Shown here: one piece after another, positions 12,465-23,952 of the stretch
Position numbering within the stretch: the stretch's first letter is position 1
How the letters are laid out: each line of letters starts with the position of its first letter
Assembly: GCA_951406725.2 (NCBI GenBank)
Contig: OX597815.1
Coordinates: 85,126,001 to 85,190,000 of the forward strand
DNA length: 64,000 bases
Reading direction: 5' to 3'
Source: Octopus vulgaris
Lineage: Eukaryota
The notes under the pieces: model-generated
The model's database searches: none
The model's input: only the letters and a program-made list of their open reading frames with translations
What the model was told of the DNA's origin: nothing
Program-made: the position numbers and the translations under genes

Positions 12465-13690
12465 CATTATCATCATCGTTTAACATCCATTTCCCATGCT
12501 GGCATGGGTTCGACAGTTTGACTGAGGTCTGGAGAGCCAGTGGCTGCACCAGGGTCCAATCTGATCGGGCAATGGTTCTACAGCTGGATGCCCTTCCTAA
12601 TGCCAACCACTCCGAGAGTGTAGTGGGTGCTTTTTACATGCCACTGGTACAGGAGCCAGTCAGGCAGGCCTGGCATCGATCACATTCAGATAGTTCATTT
12701 TACATGCCACTGGCACAGGGGTTAGTCAAGAGGTACTGGCATCATCCATGTTCAGATGGTGCTTTTTATGTGCCACCATCATGGGAGCCAGTAAGGTGGT
12801 CCTGGCATTGATCACATTCGGATAGTGTTTTTTACATGCTACCGGCATTGAGCCTGTCAGTGGGTACTGGCATTGGCCATATTCAGATGGTGCTTTTTAC
12901 GTGCCACTGGCATAGGAGCCAGTCAGGGGGCATTGGCCATAGCTACGATTTTGGTTTTACATGACTCAACAGGTCCTGTCAATCATATCATATTGCTCAA
13001 TACATCAGGGGTACTCTTAACTGGGCTGGACATGCATGGCTGTGATCTCACTTTAGTTGCCAGGTCTTCTCAATCACAGCATATCTCCAATGGTCTTGGT
13101 TCCCTGTCATTGCTTCTGTGAGGCCTAATGTTTGAAGGTCATGCTTCACCACCTCATCCCATGTCTTCCTGGGTCTACTTCTTCCAAAGGTTTCTTCTAC
13201 AGTTAGGGAGTGGCACTTCTTCACACAACTGTCCTCATCCATACATAACACATGACCATACCAGTGCAATCATCTCCCTTGCACACCACATTTAATGTTT
13301 CTTTCAGGGCGCTTACACTCTGTTGTGTATGCACTCTGACATTACACATCCAGTGGATCATACTAGCTTCATTTCTTTCAAGCCTACACATCTCCTCAGC
13401 AGTCATGCCCTATGTTTCACTGCTGTGTAGCATGGCAGTTTGCACACATGCAAGCCCTAACTACCTCTATGACCTTATCCACCAATTTCTCTGCAAGGAG
13501 TATGCCCACACCCCCTATTCCATCACTATTACATTCCCAGAAGTGTTTATACCTACGTGCATTGCCTGTGAGGACTCTGGCTGAATCTCCTCTCCACCTT
13601 ACCTCTTGTACGCAACATGCATCAACGCGTCTCTGTTCCAGCATCTCTACAATCTCACTAGACCTACCTTTCAATGTGCCTACACTTACA
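12465..13690 (-). mobile_element. Internally deleted RTE LINE (endonuclease N-terminus joined to ORF C-terminus and 3' UTR)
   Basis: VGTLKGRSSEIVEML..VDACCVQEVRWRG..GGVGILL (APE) is joined near 13455 to ..LERNEASMIHWMCNV..WYGHV..GRSRPRKTWDEVV, then tandem 3' UTR modules and a (GAT)n tail. Confidence 0.9.
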
Positions 13691-13831
13691 GTGCTAAATA
13701 GAAAGATAGATAGATACATACATACATAAATATAGATATAGATTTATATATATATATATATATATATACAGAGAGAGAGGGAGGAGAGAGAGAAACAGAC
13801 AGACAGAGAGATAAATAGATAGATAGATGCT

Positions 13832-13878
<47 letters not shown>

Positions 13879-14419
13879 GATGACATTTGCCCAAGATGAC
13901 TCTTAGTGGGGTCAAATTCATGACTCAACTAATGCTTTGTAAGCAAGATTGCATAGACAGAAAGTGGATGGAAGCATGTTTTATCAACTGTGCCTGTAAG
14001 TCAACAGGTGAACTTTGTCACATTCTGTGTCAAGCTGATTCCACATGAGAATCATGTTAAGGATATACATATCAATGGAATACCCTGCTGCTTGTATTGT
14101 AATAGAATGTGCATGCAGTTCTGTTGTTTAAACAACCAGAATACTTGTTCATATGCACAGGGACTCACATATCATCATCATCATCATTGTTTAAAATCCT
14201 CATTTCCATGTTTGCATGGGTCAAATGATATCTGTTGAGACAGATTTTGTTTTATGGCTGTTGGCCCTTTACTCTTGCCAACCCTCGTTTGTTTATGAAC
14301 AAGATAATATGTCACTGTAGAAGACAGAATTGTAGATATTTATCACACACACACATACACACATGCACACACGCACACATGCATGCATACACTTACACAT
14401 ACTCACACACACACACAAA

Positions 14420-14745
14420 CTGGCACTCTGTCACTTACGATGACAAGATTTCCAATTGATCCGATTCACAGAACAACCAGCTCATGAAATTAGCATGTGA
14501 GTGGCTGAGTACTCCGTTAAGATGTGTACCCTCAATGTAATTCTCAGGGAGATTCAGCATGTCACAGAATGTAACAAGGCTGGCCCTTTGAATTACAGGT
14601 ACCACTCATGTTTGGCAGCTGAGTGAACTGGAGCTATGTAAAATAATGAGTCTTGTTCAAGGACACAATGCATCGCTGGGAATCAAACTCACAACCTTAC
14701 AATCATGAGCCAAATACCCTAACCACTTAGCCATGTGCCTTCACA
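14420..14745 (-). mobile_element. SINE family C variant
   Basis: Reverse complement of 19365-19678. Confidence 0.7.
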
Positions 14746-15142
14746 ACACACACAAACACATACACTCTAACACACTTGAACATCATTTAGTAGTTGTAAG
14801 CATATATTTGTAAAACATGTTCTGAGTTCCAAATTATCCCTGGAGCATTTTGCCCTTTATTCTTCTGAGACAGATAATGAAAAGTACCACTTAATAATGA
14901 TAAGTACCACTTGATAAGACAAGGACTAGAGTTAAATGTAATTGAATATAGTTGTCAACCATCATAGCCATAGTCCAATGATTGAATCCAAGAAATTAAC
15001 AAGATATATCTGTGTGTGTACATTCTTTTTTTCCTATTTAATTAGCAATACATTCATCCATACATACATACATCATGCATATGTATGTACAGACATACAT
15101 ACATACACACATACATACATATGTACGTACATACATATGAAA

Positions 15143-15450
15143 GGATGATCCTATATGAGCAGAAGACTATGCACGAATATGTTACTAGAAACCTCTGTGA
15201 TGATATTAACATCGATTATCAAAGCAGTTTATCATGGACCAATAGCTGGATTACCACCTCCCACTTTGAAGCTTATCATTTAAATATATATGAGCATGTC
15301 TAGATATGCAACTATATGCATGAAAATACATACATAAAACATACAAATCTGCACATACATACATACGTAATACAAACAAAAATACCCTGTTGTTGATGTT
15401 GAAATTCCAATGAAGGAACCTTGGATCTAGGTTAGAAATAAACTAGATAA
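15143..15450 (+). mobile_element. R4/Dong-like fragment (internal ORF piece joined to 3' UTR) in (CATA)n
   Basis: YEQKTMHEYV..NIDYQSSLSW...ITTSHFEAY resembles the K..HG....D...S..W....E.Y region upstream of the R4/Dong zinc knuckle. Flanked by CATA repeats. Confidence 0.55.
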
Positions 15451-15464
15451 TGACATACATACAT

Positions 15465-15820
15465 ATCTCTTTGAAAATCAAAGAAAAAGAGGATATCTAT
15501 AAACAACTGCTTTGAAACCTCCAGCTTCTATATCCAGACTATGAATTCACATTCATACCAATAATAATTGGCGTACTGGGCTTTGTTACTAAATGCTTAA
15601 AGGAGAATCTGGATAAACTGGGATTTTCAGAAAGAGAAATCAACTAGCTAATTTGTACATTACAAGTGCAATCTGTGAGTGGAACAGTAAAAATATGCAA
15701 GACTTTTCTCAAGTGCCAAATGTGAATTTGTCTGTGTTAATTACATCCCAAAGATGGAACTTTGTATCTTTGTTGGAAACTGGCTCCCTCCTCTGTGGAA
15801 GGTTAAAAAAATAGGGGAGA
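15465..15820 (+). mobile_element. 5'-truncated R4/Dong-like element (RLE C-terminus plus 3' UTR)
   Basis: KIKEKEDIYKQLL*NLQLLYPDYEFTFIPIIIGVLG..LQVQSVSGTVKICKTFLK fits the RLE terminal motif (EK..KY..L...P..IG.LG). CATACAT on both sides. Confidence 0.8.
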
Positions 15821-16109
15821 CATACATGTCTCTCTCGTCATCAGACAACATATGAGGGTTTGACAATTTCTTACCAAACAACCACACAGATGATTTGTTT
15901 ATAGTGATCAAATGTTTGTGTAGACAAGCTCAGTCCCTCCACCACATTGACAATACTTGTACAGTTGCAACAAGTGACACATGTCAGATGTCAAAATAAT
16001 CCCAGAGCAACATGAAATGAAGTGCTTTACTCAAAAACACAATGCAATGCCAGGTCTGGGAATCGAGCGCACGCTCTCACAATCGTGAGTGCAACATTCT
16101 AACCTTCAC

Positions 16110-16159
<50 letters not shown>

Positions 16160-16160
<1 letters not shown>

Positions 16161-16770
16161 ATATTTGTTTATTATTTATTTGTATATATTAGGTAATAAG
16201 TGCAGGATGTTTAGTATATTAATATTATCATTATATTTTTTAAGTTAATTATATCCTCTGACAAGGCCTATGGTTCTTTTAACATATAAGTATTATATTT
16301 TTTTAAATGCCTACAACCCTTAATATATTGACATCTATAGGCAATGTAAGTTGGATTAACTTTTGACCATAGGCTGAAACAGCTGTAAGAAGTAGTTTAT
16401 GAATTTCAATAATTTATAGTATGACTTTTAAAATCTGTATTTGTATTATTATATTACCTATTGAGTTATATAATATTTTGTTTACTTTTGATATGCTCAT
16501 TTGTAAAATGAATAAATAATGTAACATTGTAATATCCATAAGTTGATGAACAAACTGAATTTGTTTCTCCATTTTCTTATTTGTATTATAAATTTACGGT
16601 AAAAATATTTTTTTACCTTCACCCATTTAATACAATAAATGAATTAATTGCATTGCAATTAAAAACATTTGTGTATTAAGAATTTGGGTACTTTACCAAC
16701 AGTATATTGGATAATTTATATCCCATAGTGGGTTACATTCATAACCCCTATCTTACTTTGTATTATATAT
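16160..16770 (+). mobile_element. Penelope-like pseudo-LTR relic between (TA)n tracts
   Basis: AT-rich block containing a hammerhead motif and bounded by TA microsatellites. Confidence 0.55.
16254..16391 (+). ncRNA. Type I minimal hammerhead ribozyme relic with extended stem II (G8A, probably inactive)
   Basis: TCCT-CTGACAA-GGCCTATGGTT..(89 nt)..GACCATAGGCT-GAAAC-AGCT-GTA-AGAA. Confidence 0.75.
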
Positions 16771-16823
16771 ATGTGTGTGTATACCTTTTCCTCAGTTTGT
16801 TACTTTTTATATATATGTATATG

Positions 16824-16831
<8 letters not shown>

Positions 16832-16891
<60 letters not shown>
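16832..16891. repeat. (TA)n microsatellite
   Basis: Direct reading. Confidence 0.95.
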
Positions 16892-16892
<1 letters not shown>

Positions 16893-17706
16893 TAATATAT
16901 TTACTTGTTGTTCATACACCTGTCTTCATCTTGTGTTTTTCTATAAATTTCTAATCTTTCACTTTTATATTAATAACTATAGGAAAATTGGTGGGAATAT
17001 TATCTGTATGGACTTCAAGGGCTAATTAGGTAATTTAGGAGCTAGTTATAGGTTTACTAATAGAATTGATTTACCAATACTGTTTTTGTGCATAGGGTAA
17101 ATGTGTTTCTTTGTTGCAGTTTAATTAATAATGTTAGTGTTTAATCCTTCCTAGAATTAAGATCGAATGAATGTGGTGATATCTAAGGTATGTTTGTTCC
17201 TAAACAAACACTTATATTAGTGCTGTTGACACTGCCGGATTGAATGGTACTGTCCAGGTGTCGAAACCATAGTGATATCCATGAAGCAGCTGATGATGGA
17301 GGTATGTTGGATTGTTCATATGGCTGTTATTGTATGTGCAGAATAGTTTTATAAGACATCGATTTGATATGTATGTGTATGTGCGTGTATGTATGTATGT
17401 ATGTAGGTATGTATGTATGTATGTACGTATGTATTGCACACATTCTAAAATGCACACAACTAAGTCTGTCGTAGGTCACATTGAAATGTAATTCCCTTTT
17501 GGAAAACTCTTCTCTGATGAAATACCCAATTAACCAATTTCACTATGAAAATTTAAATTAAATTAATTTAATTTAATTTCTGTAATAGAACTAACTGGAT
17601 GTGGAAATGGCTGTAGGACAGTAATTTCATTATATGGACTTGATTATTTTTGAATAAACTGATGTCTGCATGTCAATTTCTCCATTTTCTTTGTTTTCTT
17701 ATTCAA

Positions 17707-17810
17707 TGTATGTATGTATGTGTGTGTGTGTATGTATGTATGTATGTATGTATGTATGTATGTATGTATGTATGTATGTATGTATGTATGTATGTACGTA
17801 TGTACATATG

Positions 17811-17846
<36 letters not shown>

Positions 17847-17910
17847 TGTATGTACATATGTATGTATGTATGTATGTATGTATATATGTATGTATGTATG
17901 TGTATATATA
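17707..17910. repeat. (TATG)n microsatellite
   Basis: Direct reading. Confidence 0.95.
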
Positions 17911-17914
17911 TGCA

Positions 17915-18130
17915 GTGTGTCTTTGTGTCTGTGTTTATCCCCCCTCCCCATTACCACTAAACAACTGGTGTTGGTGTGTTTAGAGGTTTAGTAAAAGAGA
18001 CTGAAAGAATAAGTACTAGGCTTATTAAAAAAATAAGTTCTGGGGTTGATTTGTTTAACTAAAAAAACCCTTCAAGTTGGTGCTCCAACATGGTCACAGT
18101 CAGTAACTGAAACAAGTGACAGAATAAACT
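17915..18130 (+). mobile_element. SINE family B, 3' half
   Basis: GAATAAGTACTAGGCTT..GTGCTCCAACATGG..CTGAAACAAGT. Confidence 0.65.
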
Positions 18131-18617
18131 AAATAATTTTTATTAGCAATGAAGTTGTTCTATTTACAGAAATGCAGAATTTTCAGGATGGGTAAAAATT
18201 GTTTAAAGAGGCACAGAAGTTTTTAGGAAATGCATAGAATTTTTAGGAGTAGAAAATCTTTTGACTTAAGCTGGAGTGGAAAATCTTTAGGTTTTAACAA
18301 GAGCAAAATATATTTTTCGGGGGTTAAATTTTATACAGAGATAAATTTCTAGGAAAATTTAGGAAGACAAAACTTTTTATAAAGATTAGAAAATGTTTAT
18401 AAAGGCCAGACGATGTTTAAATTTAGATTTTAAATTTGTATAAAAGAAATAATATATTGATATCAACAATGTGAATAAAGTTATTGATTTATTTGAATGT
18501 TAATGTGTTATGCTGATTTTACGGAAAAGCTTCACTGATTTTGACAATTCAAACTGGTTCTTCAAAGAATTTGGCAGGAAAAAGGAAACAGATGGCAGGT
18601 GGTTATTGTTGTGGTTA

Positions 18618-18686
18618 TGACAAAAGTCAGATCTATTCCATCTCAATCACAGATGGAATAGATCCAGACATGTGTAACTTTTGTCA
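18618..18686. repeat. Nested inverted repeat (14-bp perfect stem, 7-nt loop, outer 10-bp arms)
   Basis: GATCTATTCCATCT-caatcac-AGATGGAATAGATC; outer TGACAAAAGT/ACTTTTGTCA. Confidence 0.9.
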
Positions 18687-18714
18687 CAATCTGCTTGTTT
18701 ATTTCTTTTATCTT

Positions 18715-19120
18715 TAAGAGGTTTCAGTCATTGACTGTGGCCATACTGGAGCCCTACCTTATTTGAAGAAATCAACCTCAGTATTTAATTTTTTAAGTCA
18801 GATACTTACTCTGTTACTCTCTTCAGCTGAATCACTAAGTTACAGGGATATAAACAAACCAACACTGGTTGTCAAGTTGTCAAAGGAAGGGCTTAAAATA
18901 CACTCACACATGCACACACACACACCCGCATGCACATCCACCCACCACCCAATTACCCAAATCACACACACACACACACGCATGCATGCACACACATGCA
19001 TGCACACACACAGACACACACACATATATATGACTGGATTCCACACAGTTTCCATTAATCAAATTCACTCACAAGGCATTAGTCGGCTGGGGCTATAGTT
19101 GAAGACATTTGCTCAAGGTG
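18715..19120 (-). mobile_element. SINE family B, degenerate, with (CA)n
   Basis: TTTCAGTCATTGACTGTGGCCAT..ATAAACAAACCAACAC..CACTCACAAGGC. Confidence 0.6.
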
Positions 19121-19264
19121 TACACACATATAAAAGTATACATACATATATACATACACACACACATACATACACACATAAAAACATATACATACATACA
19201 CATACATATATATACACACACACATACATACATACATACATACATGCATGCATAAATACATAGA

Positions 19265-19678
19265 GAGGAGCACTTCATCAGTTACGACGGCAAGGGTCTG
19301 AGCTGATACGATCAATGGAACAGATTGCTCATGAAATTAACGTGCAAGTGGCTGAGTACTCCACGGAAGGTGTGTGGCTTAGTGGTTAGGGCATTCAGCT
19401 CACAATCATAAGGTCGTGAATTCAATTCCCGGCAACTCATTGTGTCATTGAGCAAGACACTTTATTTTACATTGCTCCAGTCCACTCAGATGACAAAAAT
19501 GAGTAGTACCTGTATTTCAAAAGGTCAGTCTTGTCACACTGAATCTCTCTGAGAACTATGTTAAGGGCACACATGTCTGTGGAGTGCTCAGCCACTTGCA
19601 CGTTAATTTCATGACCAAGCTGTTCCGTTGATCGTATCAGCTGGGACCCTCATCATTGTTACCGACAGAGTGTTCCTC
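19265..19678 (+). mobile_element. SINE family C variant preceded by an inverted copy of its own 3' 100 bp
   Basis: Head starts at 19365 (GGAAGGTGTGTGGCTTAGTGGTTAGG). 19265-19364 is the reverse complement of 19579-19678. Confidence 0.8.
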
Positions 19679-20432
19679 ATACATACATGAATACATAGAT
19701 ATGACAGGATTTTTTCATTTTCCATCTTACTGAATCTTCTCACAAGGCTTTGGCCAGCCTGGGGCTATAGCTAAAAACACTTGTCCAAAGTGCTGCACAG
19801 TGGGACTGATTCCAAGACAGCATAGTTGGGAAGCAAGCTACTTATGACACAACCATATCTGCACTTGTATCTACATTTTAAAATAAACCCCTACCACCAG
19901 AATTTGAATATGACATCGAATGAAATGAAAACTTTCAGAGAAGGAATTTTTTCACACAAAGAAAGCCAACAAAAAAAAAAATGGTACCTTTCTATTTTGA
20001 AAATGGTGAATGCTTAAAATAGATTATTAAATTTTATTTAAAGACACCTTGTCTTGTAGAACTCCAGAAATTTTTCATGGAACTCAAGGGATCTCCAGAA
20101 TCCACTTGGAGAAACACTGAGAAAGGAAGAGTTGAGAGGACATTGTTCGCTGTGCTTAGGAGATGAGGTGGCCCTTATCTAACTGTCATCATAGCTTTAA
20201 ATTTATACCAGTTGTTATTGGAAAACCTGGTTATCTAACTAGTAATCTCAATGTATATCCTGAGAGGGTGGTTACAAGCTTTAAAAGTCTAAAATTTTAG
20301 CCAATTCAATGTCAGCTTTTCCTGTCATTGCTTGTTTCCATGGGAACGGCATTAATATTATTGACTTTTGTCTTTTTGGGATCTATTCCATCTCAATCAC
20401 AGATTTTAAAATTAATTTTGGGGGATTTGTTC

Positions 20433-20960
20433 CAAACTGTTCAGTGACGTGCAAACCAAGAGAATACCCTCCATCAGGCATTTGCCATATTCTGAATGCC
20501 TCACTTCCCTGGGCATGGATACATTGAAACTCCAATGTCTGGCAGCTGACTTGGCAGACACCCATAAAATTATTAACCATCTTACTAACAATAACTCTGA
20601 GCCCCTTTTCAAACTCCACCTGTCTAACATCCATGGACATGTTTACAAAGTCAGAAAACAGCACAGCTCCCATGACTTTCGGAAACATTTTTTCATGCTA
20701 AGAGTTGCTGAAACATGGAACAAACTGCCGGCATCAGTTGTTAGTTGTCGGAGCACTGCATCCTTCAAAACTTCCATGCTTCCAGAGATTTGACAACACT
20801 ACACCTGATTTTCTCCTCTCCATACACATGCAAGCATATATCTGACTCATACACTGTTCACTTCCCAGACTTTTGTACATTACTGCATATGCTTTATACG
20901 CACTTTTGACAAATTGTGGTGCACCTGAGCATTGTATACAATAATTTCATTATTATTATT
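20433..20960 (+). mobile_element. 5'-truncated CR1-like LINE 3' end
   Basis: KRIPSIRHLPYSECL..GHVYKVRK..RKHFF.LRVAETWNKLP..VV....ASFK is a CR1 ORF2 C-terminus; (ATT)n tail. Confidence 0.88.
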
Positions 20961-21159
20961 TTCAATCACAGATTTTTTACTTAATTTTTTTAACTAAACA
21001 GTTTGAAACTTCGAATATTGGTAAAATTTCTCACGTAGAATATGGTTTACTCTGAACGTTTTTGACAAAATTTCGTATTTTAGAAGTTATTTTGTGTTAA
21101 AGTTGACAAGTCATTAAAACATAACAAATGTTAAAAAATGTGAAAAATATAAGAAAAAC

Positions 21160-21377
21160 ATTTTAACATTCAGATTATTCTGTCAAACGTAATGCTTATT
21201 TACTCGCAATGTTTTGAATAAATCATGAATATATCTTGTAGCTTCAAGTTTTTGAGTATGTGATCGTTTATTTTCGTAATGACATTGTAGAGTAGGTGTG
21301 AGGGCCCATACTTGGCCAGGTTGAACATAAAACAGGTAGAATATTTTAGCCCGATATGGCTGGTTTAAATGCTAAAA
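21160..21377 (+). mobile_element. piggyBac-like MITE, degenerate copy
   Basis: Similar to 50760-50967. Confidence 0.6.
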
Positions 21378-21515
21378 TAATTTATTTCTTTATTTTTTCT
21401 CTCTCTTTTTTTTCTGTTGCTGGCCACTCCCCAAGCTAGACCCTAGAGCTATTTTAAGATATAACCTGATTTTAAATTCATTTATCTAACACTAAATGAT
21501 ATTACAAATTATTTA

Positions 21516-21675
21516 CCGTATTTTAACGAGTATAAGGAACACCCTAATTTGGGGGCTTAACATTTTGAAAAAAGTTTTGTAAGGGATTATAATACTATCC
21601 ATGTATAAGAAATTCCCATATCTTTTTAACCTAATTTTTGACAAAAAAGGGCTCCTTATACACGTTAAAATACGG
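21516..21675. mobile_element. Tc1/mariner-superfamily (Tc2/pogo-like) MITE
   Basis: TIR CCGTATTTTAACGAGTATAAGGA / TCCTTATACACGTTAAAATACGG (1 mismatch in 23), with TA TSD on both sides. Confidence 0.9.
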
Positions 21676-22249
21676 TACTTACAACTATAGCAACAAGAAA
21701 AGAATGTAAATTTTAGCCCCTTTTTTATTCATTAAAAAAAAAAATCAGTTATTCATTGCATCACAGAAGATCCAACAGAGGGAAAAAAAAACGAAAAAAC
21801 AAAAGTACCCTGTATTTCTCTTTCTTTGGTGCCCTATGCATATGTTTGTATTGTTTGACAGTTAGTCCAAGGCCTGATCTGGACGTAACGTCTGCAGATT
21901 TTCCAGTAGTTTGTCAGAGATGCTTTCTCTTTTATCTTCTACCATAGGTAAACTGCTACACAACTAACTTAAGCTACTGTTCATGGCTTCTTTTCTCTGT
22001 CCTAGATCTAAGGTGTATGCATGCATGTATATATAGATATACAGATTTAAGTATGCATTCAATAGTCCTGAGTCAAACAATACTGTATTGCATTTGCTAC
22101 TATGACAACAATCAATCATATTATTTTCTTACTCACTACACTACTATACGTACGTAGATCAATAACTAACTCCAATTGAAGCTCTTGACTCCGCTTCCTC
22201 ACCTTCAATCATAGATCTTATACTTTACCAAGAAATCCTTATTATTAGA

Positions 22250-22900
22250 TCTGTGGACCATAGAATTAGTAAAACACACGAGGAATTGTTTTGTAGTATA
22301 TAGCTACAGTCGTCTCCATTGTATGTTCAAATTTCACAAAGGTCAACTTACCTTTTCACTCTTCTATGGTGTCTATAAAATAAGTGCTAAAGTATTTTTA
22401 ATCAACTGCCATTTTCCTTCCTAATAAAAACATGTGCCTTGTGTCTATATTAGAAATCGTTAATATTATCGTGAGATTGGTAGAACCAAAGTTATTAATT
22501 AATATTATTGTGATATTGGTTTCAAATTTTGATAAAAGGCCAGTTTTCGGGGGAGAGGGTAAGTTGATTACATCGACTCCAGGGTTCAACTGGTACTTGT
22601 TTTATCGACCCTGAAAGGATGGAAGGCAAAGTTGATCCTGGTGGAATTTGAACTCAGAGCATAAAGGTGGATGAAATGCAGCTAAGCACTTTGTCCAGAG
22701 TGCTAACAGGTCTACCAGCTTGCCGCCTTAATATTATTGTAATATTGGCAGAAGAAATACAAAGTTCTAAACTTTGTATTTCTTCTAGATCTTTACATTC
22801 TGTGTTGAAATCCCACTGAAGTCAACTTTGCTTTTCAACCTTTGAGGGTCAACTAAATAAAGTACCAGTCAAGTACTGCGTGGGTAGGTCTGTATCAATT
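22250..22900. mobile_element. Cluster of three SINE A copies in alternating orientation (+,-,+)
   Basis: Approximately 22250-22465 (+), 22515-22730 (-), 22745-22900 (+). Confidence 0.7.
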
Positions 22901-23545
22901 GAGCGTGAGTGTGTGTGTGTGTTTTAAGTCCTTCCTTTCACTATTTGACAACCAGCGTTGGTTTGTTTATGTCCCTATAACTTAGTGGTTCAGTAGAAAA
23001 GAGTAGTAGAATAAGTACCAGATTTAAAAGATTAAGTATTGAGGTTGATTTCTTCAATTAAGCCTGTCTCCCTAAAATTGTTGACCTTGTGCCTTTTACC
23101 GAAATATACCTAGAAATAGTAATGGAAGGTGTTGAAGTGCAGAAAGTAGAGCGCCAGGCCAAAAACCTTATAGTATTTGAATAAATACACATATGGTGTG
23201 ATATTCATATGTTTTATAGACATATTTTATTGCACTGTGAAATTACGTCTCTCTGGTTAAATGACAGGGCTTTCAGCAACTTGGAATGAGTTTCATCTTT
23301 CTTATACAATCATCCGGAACTGTTGAGCAGCTTATCTCCCCCACCTTCAAGTTGCTGAAAGATTATGTAAAACTTCTTATTAAAGATGTGAATAGAAAAT
23401 GTGAATGATACAAATCATTGATGCGATAGTACAAGGTCAATAGACAGGGATATTGTGTGGGTTACAAGTCTACATGTATATGGAGTCACATCCATGTTTT
23501 TACTAAACATATTTTTAATTTTCTCACGAAATTAGAACTTGTTGT

Positions 23546-23952
23546 TTAACTCAATTGTTACGATATTTTTGCATTTATTTCACGTAATTTAAACAAAAAT
23601 GAAAACTTTAGTAAATTTTAATGGAAGGTTTAAATTTAAATCACTTTCAAACGAGAAGTTTGTATTATAGAACAGAGGCAGTCTCGGGTGGGTTGTTATC
23701 AAAAGGATTTAACTACAAGAGTATAACTCTTTAGCATCCAAATTACTGTCAAATGTTATGCTTATTCAGATTGTTTTTAATCAATCATGCATAACTTCGT
23801 GGCTCCGAAATTTCGATGGTACGATTGTTTATTTTGTTTATTTTTAAAATGATATAGTAAGCTAAATGCAAGACACAGGATCTGACCAGTTTGAATATAA
23901 AATAAGCAGAATATTTAGGCCTGATACAACCAATTAAAATGCTGAAAGTATA
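23546..23952 (+). mobile_element. Two adjacent piggyBac-like MITE relics
   Basis: 23546-23712 (TTAA..ATCAAAAGGATTTAA, similar to ~47540-47800) and 23725-23952 (similar to 50760-50967). Confidence 0.55.

Noticed and set aside
12625-12945. Repeat-spacer-like array resembling CRISPR
   Set aside because: The inter-repeat segments are homologous to each other, the array sits in an RTE 3' UTR of a eukaryotic genome, and there are no cas genes.
17255-17305. GAAAC followed by CTGATGA, a possible permuted hammerhead
   Set aside because: I could not form stems I and III around the core boxes.
17650-17991. Overlapping ORFs rich in YVCM/HTYI
   Set aside because: Artefacts of (TATG)n. The same applies to ORFs over (TG)n, (TA)n and (CAT)n tracts elsewhere.
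21863-21950. Possible exon after TTTGACAG (VSPRPDLDVTSADFPVVCQRC)
   Set aside because: No recognisable homology and no partner exons; support is insufficient.
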